NCBI GenBank assembly: GCA_963721105.1
Contig: CAVRHY010000003.1
Coordinates: forward strand, 2,509 to 66,508
From: an uncultured Alphaproteobacteria bacterium
Lineage (GTDB): Bacteria; Pseudomonadota; Alphaproteobacteria; Rhodobacterales; Rhodobacteraceae
Reading direction: 5' to 3'
DNA: 64,000 nucleotides
Within the stretch, counting starts at the first letter, position 1. The number at the start of each line of letters is the position of its first letter. Below are positions 1 to 9,048 of this stretch, piece by piece. The notes beneath the pieces were generated by a model, which worked only from the letters and a program-made list of their open reading frames with translations, was not told the DNA's origin and searched no databases. Both the position numbers and the translations under genes were made by a program.

Positions 1-839
1 ACATGGCCCTCGCCCAGAAGGTAGCACGGCTTTTGCCAGCCGAAGACGTTTCGCGTCGGCATTCCCCAGGGGGTGCACCGCATCTCGGTGTTGCCCATCA
101 GGAAGTCGAGGAACAGCGGCGAGTGCGTCAGGCTCCACTTCGATCCGCGATTTTTGCCGGTCGCCCAGACCTGGCGGAAGAATTCCTTGGTGCGCCGGCG
201 CGCCAGGAAGTGTTCCTGGTCGGGCGCGCGTTCATAGGCGAAACCCGGCGACAGCGAGATCCCGACGCCCAGCGATGTCGCGTAGTCCAGGAAATCGGCA
301 AGCTGGTCGGCGGGATAGCCCTCGAAGATCGTCGCGTTGACGTTCACCCGATGGCCTGCCGCCTGCGCCGCCTTGATGGCGCGCACGGCCTTGTCGAAGG
401 TGCCGGTCTGGTCGACGGCCTTGTCGTGGTGCTGCCTCAGCCCGTCCAGGTGGACGCTGAAGAACAGGTAGTCCGACGGCTCGAACAGGTGCAGCTTCTT
501 TTCCAGCAGCAGCGCGTTCGTGCAGAGCGAGACGTATTTCTTGCGCTCGACCAGGCCCTTGACGATCTGGTCGATCTCCTTGTGGATCAATGGCTCGCCG
601 CCCGGGATCGCCACCATCGGCGCGCCGCATTCCTCGGCCGCGTCCCAGCACTCCTGCGGGCTGAGGCGGCGGTTCAGGATGGCGCCGGGGTAGTCGATCT
701 TGCCGCAGCCGGGGCAGGCCAGGTTGCAGCGGAACAAGGGCTCGAGCATCAGCACGAGCGGGTAGCGCTTGTTCCCCTTCAGCTTCTGGCGGGCGATATA
801 GGCCCCGATGGCGAGCTGCTGGCGCAGAGGGACGCCCAT
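1..839 (-). CDS. hpnH: Adenosyl-hopene transferase HpnH (radical SAM), 3' end runs off the window
   Basis: Not in the ORF track (no stop inside the window). Manual translation from ATG at 839 (AGGAG SD upstream) gives MGVPLRQQLAIGAYIARQKLKGNKRYPLVLMLEPLFRCNLACPGCGKIDYP with the CxxxCxxC motif, and later CTPWGMPTRNVFGWQKPCYLLGEGH, typical of HpnH. Confidence 0.93.
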   Translation of the reverse strand, partial: MGVPLRQQLAIGAYIARQKLKGNKRYPLVLMLEPLFRCNLACPGCGKIDYPGAILNRRLSPQECWDAAEECGAPMVAIPGGEPLIHKEIDQIVKGLVERKKYVSLCTNALLLEKKLHLFEPSDYLFFSVHLDGLRQHHDKAVDQTGTFDKAVRAIKAAQAAGHRVNVNATIFEGYPADQLADFLDYATSLGVGISLSPGFAYERAPDQEHFLARRRTKEFFRQVWATGKNRGSKWSLTHSPLFLDFLMGNTEMRCTPWGMPTRNVFGWQKPCYLLGEGH

Positions 840-945
840 CGTATCTCCTTCCGGGCGCCTCTTCCGGGCGCCAACTGGACCGGTTCGAGGGCCGGTTGAC
901 CATAAGGGCACGCCGCCGTCAAGCAGCGAGCCCATCTTGTGTCTC

Positions 946-1534
946 TTACAGCGAGTGCTGCTGCATGTAGGACAGCAGCGCGTCGACGCCACCCTTGTCG
1001 ATCATCGACGTGAACTCATCGCGCTTCAGCAGCAGGAACGAGGTGCCGCCGACCATCACGTCGATTATCCGCGGGCCGTTGGCCCCGTCGCGCAGCCGCC
1101 AGTCGACCGGCAGGTTCTTGCCGCCCTCGCGCTTGAAGACCGCGCTGACCAGCACGTCCTTCCTCGCCGGCTTTGCCTCGCCGACCTCGGGCGGGGTGGC
1201 GAGGCCACGGTCGAACTGCTCATGGTAGAGGTAGGCCAGATAGCCGGGCAGGAGCTGGCGGAACTTGTCGCGCTGCTCGGGCGTGAACTTGGCGACGCGC
1301 GGCTCGCTCAGGAAGCGCTCCCATACGTCAAAGTCGAAGGCTTTCTCGATCGCGCTCCGCAGCGCCGCATTGTCGTTCGACGACAGCGCCTCGTGCGCCT
1401 GCGTGACCAATTGCTGCGTCGCGTCGCGTGCCTCGGCCTGCTTGTCCTGCGCCTGGGCGGGGCCGGCGCCGATGCGCCGCCGCGCTGATCGACAGGGCGA
1501 GCAGCGCGGTCGCGAGGCGGGTCAGGTATCTCAT
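946..1534 (-). CDS. hpnM: HpnM / MlaC (Ttg2D)-family periplasmic lipid shuttle; one apparent frameshift near 1480
   Basis: Signal peptide MRYLTRLATALLALS (1534) joins the 946..1410 ORF with AFDFDVWERF, VDWRL and IIDVMVGGTSFLLLKRDEFTSMIDKGGVDALL (MlaC/HpnM C-terminal signature); lies between hpnN and hpnH. Confidence 0.8.
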
Positions 1535-1643
1535 CGCTCGTCTCCGGTTTGCACTCCAGCCAGTTAATGGGCTGGGCGGGGGTTTCGATCCCTCGAGGTG
1601 ATGTCCGACGGCCCCGGCAGCGGGGCCCGGCGCGTAGAACGAG

Positions 1644-4232
1644 TCAGCGGCGCGACATCCAGCGCATGATTGCCGGCGTCAGCCCCAGCACCGACCCGAC
1701 CGCGGCGAGCACCGAGATCGACAGCAGCACCCCCATGCTCGCCGTGCCGCGATGATGGCTGAGCGCCAGTGTGCCGAAGGCGGCGATCGTCGTCAGCGCC
1801 GAGAACAGCACGGCGCGCGGCGTAGAGGTGGCGAAGACCGCGCCCGGCGCCTGGCGCTCGCGGAGCGCGATGTGAACGCCGCTGTCGACCCCCAGCCCCA
1901 GCATCAGCGGCAGCACGATCACGTTCGCGTAATTGAACGGCATGTTCAGCAGCACCGACGCCGCCGCCGTCACGGTGCCCGCGATCGCGAGCGGAAACAG
2001 GATCGCCACGGTGTCGCCGACGCGCCGGGTCGAGAGCCACGAAAGCACTGCGGTCATGAACGCCGCCAGCAGGGTGGCCAGCAGCACGGCGCGCGCGACG
2101 GTACTGCCGGCCGCCTCGAGCTGCACAGGGCCGCCGGCTGCCTCGGGCTCGATGCGCTCGACCGTCCGGGCGAAGTCGGCGACCTCGGCCGGCGTATCGA
2201 GATCCTGCTCGGGCAGCACCTCGACGCGGTAGATGCCGTCGGGGGAGACATAGCGGCGCCTGAGCGGCTCGGGCAGCGTCTCCTCGGTGACGACGTCGGC
2301 GTTCAGCATGGCCTGCAGCCGGCCGATCAGCAGCGGGAACGAGCGGAACAGGTCCTTTGTCAGCGCCGCGTCGCTCGCCGGCGTGCGTACGGCCTGGTAG
2401 CCGGCCAGTGCGGCGGCCAGCCGGCCGGCAGCGCCCGGCTGGCCCTCCAGCCGCTTCTGCAGCCGCCCGAGCGCCGCCGCCTTTGGATCGGTGTCGGAAA
2501 GCCGTGTCGGCGCCTCGCTGACGGCGTGTTCGATCGACGGCGCGGCGATGTCCAGCAACATCAGCTTCTGGTCCTGGTCGTGCGGGATCAGGGTCTGGAT
2601 CGTCACCGCCGAGGCGACGCCCGGCACGTCCCGGAAGCGCGCCGCGATCTCGCCCGCCGCCTCGGCCGAGGGCGCCAGCACGTTGGCCCTGTAGGGCGTG
2701 GTCTGCGGCGAGGCAGCGAGCATCCTGAAGGCCCGCACCGAGGGCGAGTTCGGGTCGCGCAGTGCCATTGGATCGGCGTCGAAGCGGACATGGATCGCCG
2801 GCCAGACCGCCGCCGCGCCGAGCAGCAGCACGACATAGGGCAGGGCGCGCATCCGCCTGACGGGGCGCAGCGGCTCGCGCCTCGACTCTACGGTGCCGGC
2901 GGTGCGCGGCCGGAAGGCGATGACGGCCGGGATCAGCGTCGCCGCCGTCAGGAAAGCGATGATCGTGCCGGCGCTGCCGATCAGTCCCAACTGCGCCATG
3001 CCGACGAAGTTCGTGATCGAGAAGGCAAGGAAGGACAGCGCGGTCGTCCCCGCGCTCAGGACCAGCGCCTTGCCGGTGCGCTGCCCTGTCAGCAGCACCG
3101 CCTCGGCCGGCGGCACGCCGCCGCGTCGCGTCTCGGCGATATGCGCCAGGATGTGGATGGCGAAGTCGATGCCCAGCCCCACCATCAGCACGACGAAGGC
3201 GACCGAGACGAGGTTCAGCGTCCCGATCGTCGCGGCTGCGAACCCGGCGGTCAGCGTCAGGCTGATCATCAGCGAGATCAGCGCGACGACCGAGCGGCCC
3301 GTGGCGCGCAGCGCGGCGCGCAGCAGCAGGGCGACGAGGATCAGCGACAGCGCGGTCGAGAGCTCGACGGTGCCGAAGACGCTCTGCAATTCCTCGGCGC
3401 GGAGTGCCGGCTCGCCGGTGACGCCGATCTCGACGCCGGCGGCGATGTCCGCCGGCAGTGCGGCGATGGCGGCCTGGATGGCGTCCAGAGCCGGCCGGGC
3501 GGGGCTGAGCCGACCGAGGTCCAGCTCGGGCGTCACCGTGACGACGCGCGTCGCGGGCCCGGCGGCCCCGTCCTGCCCGCCGCCTCCCCCCTCGAGCAAC
3601 GAGGTCCAGCCGAACATTCGGTGCCCGCCCGCGGCGTATGCCTCGAAGACGTTCGCCGCCTCACCGTACAGCGGGTCCAGTCCGCCGGGGCCGATCTCGG
3701 CATGCGCCGACAGCGCCGCCGCCTGGTCAAGCGCACCGAGGAAGCCGTCGAGCGTCTGGTCGGCGCGCAGCTCGGCGATCAGGTTCGACGACTTCGACAG
3801 CCGAACAAACAGCTGCTCGACCTGGGCGGCGTCGCGGTAGAGGAAGCCGTGCGCCACCATGAACGGGTTGGCCGACGGCGCGAACACCGACTGGATCCAG
3901 GTCGTGTCCTGCCGCAGCCGGTCGACCAGAGCGGTCACCGCCAGGTCGGCCGCCTCCGCCTGCGGCGCCCTGACGATCATGAGGATGGCCGAGCGCAGTT
4001 GTGGGAAGGCAGCGTTCAGCGCGGTCGCGCGCTGTTGCGCCGGCAGGTCGGCTGCAAGCATCTTCGATGAATCGGAATCGACGGCAAGGCGCGGCAGCGC
4101 CAGCGCCGCCAGGACCAGGAGGATGCCGAGGATCGCGACCGCCGTCTTCGGCCAGCGTCCGGCCGTGTCCATCCAGCGCGCGACGCCCCGGTTGAGGAGG
4201 GAGACGGGCTCGCCGCTGGGTGATCCTGCCAT
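1644..4232 (-). CDS. hpnN: MMPL/RND-family hopanoid transporter HpnN
   Basis: 862 aa with two TM bundles, GLGIDFAIH and GLGVDSGVH motifs, RFDADPMALRDPNSPSV and SHHRGTASMG; adjacent to hpnM/hpnH. Confidence 0.9.
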   Translation of the reverse strand: MAGSPSGEPVSLLNRGVARWMDTAGRWPKTAVAILGILLVLAALALPRLAVDSDSSKMLAADLPAQQRATALNAAFPQLRSAILMIVRAPQAEAADLAVTALVDRLRQDTTWIQSVFAPSANPFMVAHGFLYRDAAQVEQLFVRLSKSSNLIAELRADQTLDGFLGALDQAAALSAHAEIGPGGLDPLYGEAANVFEAYAAGGHRMFGWTSLLEGGGGGQDGAAGPATRVVTVTPELDLGRLSPARPALDAIQAAIAALPADIAAGVEIGVTGEPALRAEELQSVFGTVELSTALSLILVALLLRAALRATGRSVVALISLMISLTLTAGFAAATIGTLNLVSVAFVVLMVGLGIDFAIHILAHIAETRRGGVPPAEAVLLTGQRTGKALVLSAGTTALSFLAFSITNFVGMAQLGLIGSAGTIIAFLTAATLIPAVIAFRPRTAGTVESRREPLRPVRRMRALPYVVLLLGAAAVWPAIHVRFDADPMALRDPNSPSVRAFRMLAASPQTTPYRANVLAPSAEAAGEIAARFRDVPGVASAVTIQTLIPHDQDQKLMLLDIAAPSIEHAVSEAPTRLSDTDPKAAALGRLQKRLEGQPGAAGRLAAALAGYQAVRTPASDAALTKDLFRSFPLLIGRLQAMLNADVVTEETLPEPLRRRYVSPDGIYRVEVLPEQDLDTPAEVADFARTVERIEPEAAGGPVQLEAAGSTVARAVLLATLLAAFMTAVLSWLSTRRVGDTVAILFPLAIAGTVTAAASVLLNMPFNYANVIVLPLMLGLGVDSGVHIALRERQAPGAVFATSTPRAVLFSALTTIAAFGTLALSHHRGTASMGVLLSISVLAAVGSVLGLTPAIMRWMSRR

Positions 4233-4357
4233 GCCGGTCCTTCAGTTCCGCATGCGCACTAGCACTCACGGCGTCGGAGTTATATCGTCCAGCGCGCTTT
4301 CGGAATCAACGGAAGCCTCGCCCCCGCCCTAGTGGCACCACGATCCGGGAGAATTTG

Positions 4358-5204
4358 ATGGCGTTTCGATCCGCATCCAAGTGGACTGTCCCGGTTCTGG
4401 CTCCCGTCCTGGCCGCCATGTTGCTGACCGGATGCGCCACCGCCGAAGGGCAGCGCACCGGGCTGGCGGCGACCGACCCCTACGAGCCGTTCAACCGCGT
4501 CATGCTCCAGGGCAATACAAGGCTCGACCGATTCATGCTGCGCCCGGCCGCTCAGGCCTATGATTTCGCGGTGCCCCAGACGGTGAAGTTCGTCATCCAC
4601 AACGAACTCGATTACGTCTCTACTCCCGTGGACTTCTTCAACTACCTGCTGCAGGGCTCGTTCAGGAACGCCGGCACCTCGCTGGCCCGCTTTACGATGA
4701 ACACCGTTCTCGGCGGCGTCGGCTTGCTCGACCCGGCAACCGAGTTCGGCCTGCCGAAGGAGGAGACAGACTTTGGCATCACACTCGGCAGGTGGGGCGT
4801 GGCCGAGGGCCCGTATCTCGTTCTGCCGCTGCTGGGCCCATCCACGACGCGCGGGCTGCCGGGCTTCGTCGTCGACAGGGCGTTCAGCCCGCTGACCTAT
4901 GTTGGTCCCTTCACCACGCTCGATGGCCTTTCGCCGGCGTTTACCGCCGCGGGCCTGCTGGACACGCGGTCCGAGAATGCCGACCTGATCGACCAGCTTC
5001 TTTACGAGACCGAGGATCCGTACGTCACGCTGCGCGCCGCCTACCTGCAGCGCCGCCGCGCCCAGTTGGCCGGCGCCGAGGGCGCGGTCGACAACCTGCC
5101 CGACATCTTCGACGATGAATCAGCCCCGGCCGACGGAAGCGCGCCCGCGCAGGAGGCACGCCGCGCAGGCACCGCCCGCGCAGGAGGCACCGCCGGCGCA
5201 GTAG
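4358..5204 (+). CDS. mlaA: MlaA/VacJ outer-membrane lipoprotein; indel in the C-terminal Pro/Ala/Gln repeat, true stop probably TAG 5202-5204
   Basis: Lipobox LLTGC, DPYEPFNR, DFGITLGRWGVAEGPYLVLPLLGPSTTR and DPYVTLRAAYLQRR. The track ORF 4220..6163 fuses it artefactually to pcm across the tRNA. Confidence 0.88.
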
Positions 5205-5253
5205 GCGCCGGCCGCCGAGGCGGCGGCCGGCGTGATGTCATCCGGAAGAGGGG

Positions 5254-5327
5254 TGGAGGCGACGGCCGGAATCGAACCGGCGTGCACGGATTTGCAGTCC
5301 GCTGCGTAACCACTCCGCCACGTCGCC
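5254..5327 (-). tRNA. tRNA-Cys (GCA)
   Basis: Reverse complement GGCGACGTGGCGGAGTGGTTACGCAGCGGACTGCAAATCCGTGCACGCCGGTTCGATTCCGGCCGTCGCCTCCA: 74 nt cloverleaf, GCA anticodon, TTCGA T-loop, encoded CCA. Confidence 0.97.
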
Positions 5328-5509
5328 AGAGGAGCCCCGGACCCCCGCAAGGCCCCGGCACGTGGCGCGTCATTAGCGCCGGGCAGGGCGGATTGCAAGA
5401 CGGTCACAGGGTACCGCGCCGCCATCGTGGCGCGCCGGCTTTTCTTGCGCCGACGCGGGTGGTGTGGCAGAGAACATCAACGGCTTCGGAGTGGTTTCGG
5501 AACAGATGC

Positions 5510-6163
5510 ATGACGGATTTCGCTGCGGCGCGTGAGGCCATGGTCGATACGCAGGTCCGCACCTCGGACGTCACCAGGTACTCGGTCATCGACGCGATGC
5601 TCTGGTGCCCGCGCGAGGTGTTCGTGCCACGGGCGCGGCGCGACGTCGCTTATGCCGAGGCCGAGATCCCGCTGGCGCCCGGCCGTGCCATGCTGACCGC
5701 GCGCGCCTTCGCCAAGATGCTCGAGGCAGCCGGGATCGGCCCGGGCGACCTCGTGCTCGACCTCGCCCCGGGCACCGGGTACTCGACGGCCGTGATCTCG
5801 CGGCTGGCCGCCGCCGTCGTGGCGATCGAGCCAGACGCCGAGCTCGCCACGCAGGCCGCCGAGGCGCTTGAGAGGATCGAGGTCGTCAACGCCGTCGTCA
5901 GCCAGGGCGACCCGACCCGCGGCGATCCGGCGCACGGCCCGTACGACGTGATCTTCGTAAACGGCGCCGTCCAGCACCTGCCGGAAGCGCTGACCGACCA
6001 ACTCAAGGATGGCGGCCGGCTTGTCGCGATCTTCATCGACCGCGGCGTCGGCCAGTGCCGCGTCGTGCTGCGCGTCGGCGACACGCTGGCGCAGCGCATC
6101 GCCTTTGACATAAACGGCCCGCTCGTCCCTGGCTTCGAGGCGAAGCGGGCATTTGCATTCTGA
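5510..6163 (+). CDS. pcm: Protein-L-isoaspartate O-methyltransferase (alphaproteobacterial type)
   Basis: MTDFAAAREAMVDTQVRTSDV, VLDLAPGTGYSTAV SAM motif, PYDVIFVNGAV and QLKDGGRLV; conserved tRNA-Cys-pcm-tolC synteny. Confidence 0.9.
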   Translation: MTDFAAAREAMVDTQVRTSDVTRYSVIDAMLWCPREVFVPRARRDVAYAEAEIPLAPGRAMLTARAFAKMLEAAGIGPGDLVLDLAPGTGYSTAVISRLAAAVVAIEPDAELATQAAEALERIEVVNAVVSQGDPTRGDPAHGPYDVIFVNGAVQHLPEALTDQLKDGGRLVAIFIDRGVGQCRVVLRVGDTLAQRIAFDINGPLVPGFEAKRAFAF

Positions 6164-6219
6164 GGATCCCGCGTCCGGGGGTTCCGCGTAACCACAACGA
6201 CAACAAGGACGGAGTGGGC

Positions 6220-7610
6220 ATGGGCATGGGCAGGAAGGCAGCGCTTCTGCTGCTTGCGACCACGGCACTGTTGTCCGGCGCCGGCTGGGCCGGCGGCGCC
6301 CGCGCCGAGACGCTGGCCGATGCGATGGTCGCGGCGGTGCTGAACAGTCCCGAGCTGGAGCAGGCGCGGGCCAACGTCAAGGTCCTGGCCGAGCGCGCCA
6401 TCCAGGCCCGCTCGCAGGGGCGCCTCCAGGTCGACGGCACGGTCAACCTGACGGCGCGGTTCGTCGATCTGCAGGACTTCGCCTACCCGAACACGATGCA
6501 GCTCGACGTCATCCAGCCGCTCTACACGGGCGGTCAGGTCGCGAACGCCACCGAGGCGGCGAAGACCCGCATGACGGCGCAGGAGGCGCGGGTCGTCGCC
6601 ACCGAGCAGCAGGTGCTGCTGAACGCCGTGCTGGCCTACATGAACGTGCTGCGCGACGAGACGCTGGTCGACCTCAGCGAGAACAACCTGCGGGTGATCA
6701 GCGAGCAGCAGCGCGCCGCGCAGGAGCGCTTCGACGTCGGCGAGGTGACGCGCACCGACGTCGCCCAGGCCGAGGCGCGCCAGGCAGCGGCGCGCAGCCT
6801 GCTGGCCGCCCGCACCGGCCAGCTCAAGGCCTCGATCGAGAACTTCCGCCGCGCCGTCGGCGCCTATCCGGTCGACCTGCAGCCGCCGCCGCCGATCCCC
6901 GACCTGCCGGATGCGCTGGACCAGGCAGTCCAGATCGCGATGGTCGAGGATCCCGAGATCCTCGCCGCCCGGCTCGAGCGACTGGCCGCCGGCAACGACG
7001 TGCGCCAGGCGATCGGCGCGCTGCTGCCGCAGGTTTCGCTGCAGGGCAGATTGTCGCGCACCGACACGCATCAATATCGGCAGCGACACCAGTGGACCAG
7101 GCGACGGTCGGGCTGCAGATCACGCTGCCGTTCTACGATGGCGGCTTCAGCTACAGCCGCATCCGCGAGGCGCAGGCGATCGTCGAGGCGCAGGACGCCA
7201 GCGTCACGACGACGATGCGCGACACCGCCGAGCAGGTCGGCACCGCCTGGGCGGACCTGCAGGTAGCCAAGGCCTCGATCAAGGCCGGCGAACTCGAGGT
7301 GAAGGCCGCGCAGATCGCCTTCGAGGGCGTGCGCGAGGAGGCCAAGGTCGGCGCGCGCACGACGCTCGACGTGCTGAACGCCGAGCAGGAGCTTCTGAAC
7401 GCGCGCGGCGACCTGATCGTCTCGCGCCGCGACCTGGTCGTCGCCGCCTATACGCTGCTGTTCGCCATCGGCAAGCTCAGCGTCGAGCACCTCGGGCTCG
7501 ACGTCGGCGAGGTCATGCCGGTCGCGGACTACTACGCAGGCGTCAAGGATCGGAATTTCGGCTATGACCCGAGCGACGATACGGTCTGGACACTGTCATA
7601 CCGGCCGTGA
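6220..7610 (+). CDS. tolC: TolC-family outer membrane efflux protein; frameshift near 7070
   Basis: AETLADAMVAA, QPLYTGG and RFDVGEVTRTDVAQAEAR; second half has EAKVGARTTLDVLNAEQEL. Confidence 0.9.
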
Positions 7611-7653
7611 GAAACGTTGCTGGACTGCCGGGCGGGCGAGGCAAGAAGTTCCA

Positions 7654-8220
7654 ATGAGCAATGGTCAGGATCGCAAGTCGATGGACGACGTTTTGGCGTC
7701 GATCCGGCGTATTGTCCGCGCCGAGAAGGAGCCGGCCGCCGAGCCTGACTCCGCCACGGCGAAGGGGCCTGCCACCGGGCCGGATGCCGCGCCAACCCTC
7801 GGTCCACCCTTCGGACCGGCTGGCGACCGCGACCGACCGGGCGAGGCTCGCGCGGCAGAGGCCGAGCCGCTGGAGCTGACGCCGGATATGCGGCTGGCCG
7901 ACGAAGTCGATGACGATGATGATGACGGCGACGAGGTCGAGCCCGAGGCGATCGCCCGTCCGGCCGTGATGGCTCGTCACTCGCCGCCGCCCGCCGCCGT
8001 CCCCTCGCCGTCACGCGAGGCCCCGACGCCAGACCGGGAGACTCTGCGCCGGATGGTGCGCGAAATCCTGCTGGACGAGCTGGCCGACGGCGATGCCGAG
8101 GGCGCCGTGCGCAGCATCATCCGCGACGAACTGATGAACGGCCAGATCGGCGGTAACATCTCGCAGAACGTGCAGCGCCTGATCCAGTCCGAGATCGCCA
8201 AAGCTCTGGAAGAGCGCTGA
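7654..8220 (+). CDS. PopZ-like polar organizing protein (DUF2497-like, rhodobacteral-type C-terminus)
   Basis: N-terminal SMDDVLASIRRIV (PopZ helix-1-like), acidic/Pro-rich disordered middle (DDDDDD), helical C-terminus LRRMVREIL...ISQNVQRLIQSEIAKAL; occupies the popZ position between tolC and valS. Confidence 0.7.
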   Translation: MSNGQDRKSMDDVLASIRRIVRAEKEPAAEPDSATAKGPATGPDAAPTLGPPFGPAGDRDRPGEARAAEAEPLELTPDMRLADEVDDDDDDGDEVEPEAIARPAVMARHSPPPAAVPSPSREAPTPDRETLRRMVREILLDELADGDAEGAVRSIIRDELMNGQIGGNISQNVQRLIQSEIAKALEER

Positions 8221-8296
8221 GGCCGACCCGCGGCCGCGGCCTTCGGGCAGCCGACAACGATATTCGAACCTCGGGAAGCTGCCGGATGGCTGGAGG

Positions 8297-8749
8297 ATGC
8301 CTGGAGTGAAAACGCGCATAAAGTGGGTTGAGGGCCGAACCTTCCTCGGCGAATCCGGTAGCGGGCACTCGATTGTGCTCGGGACGGCAACGGCGCCGGG
8401 CGGCCCGACGCCGGGGCCGAGCCCGATGGAACTGGTCCTGATCGGCACCGGCGGTTGCTCGGCCTTGGACGTCGTCCACATCCTCGAGCGCGGCCGCGAG
8501 CCGGTCGAGGACTGCACCATCGAACTCGAGGCCGAGCGCGCGGCGGAGGACCCGAAGGTATTCACCCGCGTTCACATGCGCTTCATCGTAACGGGCCGCG
8601 GCCTGGCACGCGCCAAGGTCGAGCGCGCCGTCGACCTCTCGGTCGAAAAGTACTGCTCGGCCTCGGCGATGATCGCGAAGTCGGCGACCATGACGCGTGA
8701 GGTCGAGGTCATCGACACGGCGGCCTCGCCGGCCACGCCCGATCCGTAG
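8297..8749 (+). CDS. OsmC/YhfA-family protein
   Basis: GPSPMELVLIGTGGCSALDVVHIL and AVDLSVEKYCSAS with the two conserved Cys. Confidence 0.9.
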   Translation: MPGVKTRIKWVEGRTFLGESGSGHSIVLGTATAPGGPTPGPSPMELVLIGTGGCSALDVVHILERGREPVEDCTIELEAERAAEDPKVFTRVHMRFIVTGRGLARAKVERAVDLSVEKYCSASAMIAKSATMTREVEVIDTAASPATPDP

Positions 8750-9048
8750 GGCAGGGGTCCATCCCGCCAATCCCGCCAAGTGGACCGATCGAGTAGGCTG
8801 GCGTGCCAAGCGTCCGCCCTTGCAGACGCCGACAGTCGGCTCCCCTTGACGGGCTCGACGACTTGCCGATGGCTCGCAGCCCGGACGCCCCGTCCGGCCT
8901 TCACCACCACCTATTCGTGACCTTCCCCCCTCGATCGAGCCCGCAAGAGCAGGCCATTGGGCCGGGTGCCGCTTCCCACTCCGGGGTTCCCACCCCCCGG
9001 CGCGCGCGCTATGAGGGCGCCCGACCATTCCCCGACGGATCCGAGACG

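Noticed and set aside
5140-5204. Short direct repeats (GCGCAGGAGGCAC) beside tRNA-Cys as an att site or CRISPR
   Set aside because: They encode the Pro/Ala/Gln tail of MlaA, do not match the tRNA 3' end and have no spacers.
4220-6163. 647 aa MlaA-Pcm fusion ORF
   Set aside because: It reads through an antisense tRNA-Cys; an indel in the MlaA C-terminal APAQEAPPAQ repeat skips the TAG at 5202.
8799-8837. TGGCGTGCCAAGC...CGCCGACAGTC resembling 29358-29396
   Set aside because: Two short GC-rich matches with different spacers and unrelated contexts; chance similarity cannot be excluded.
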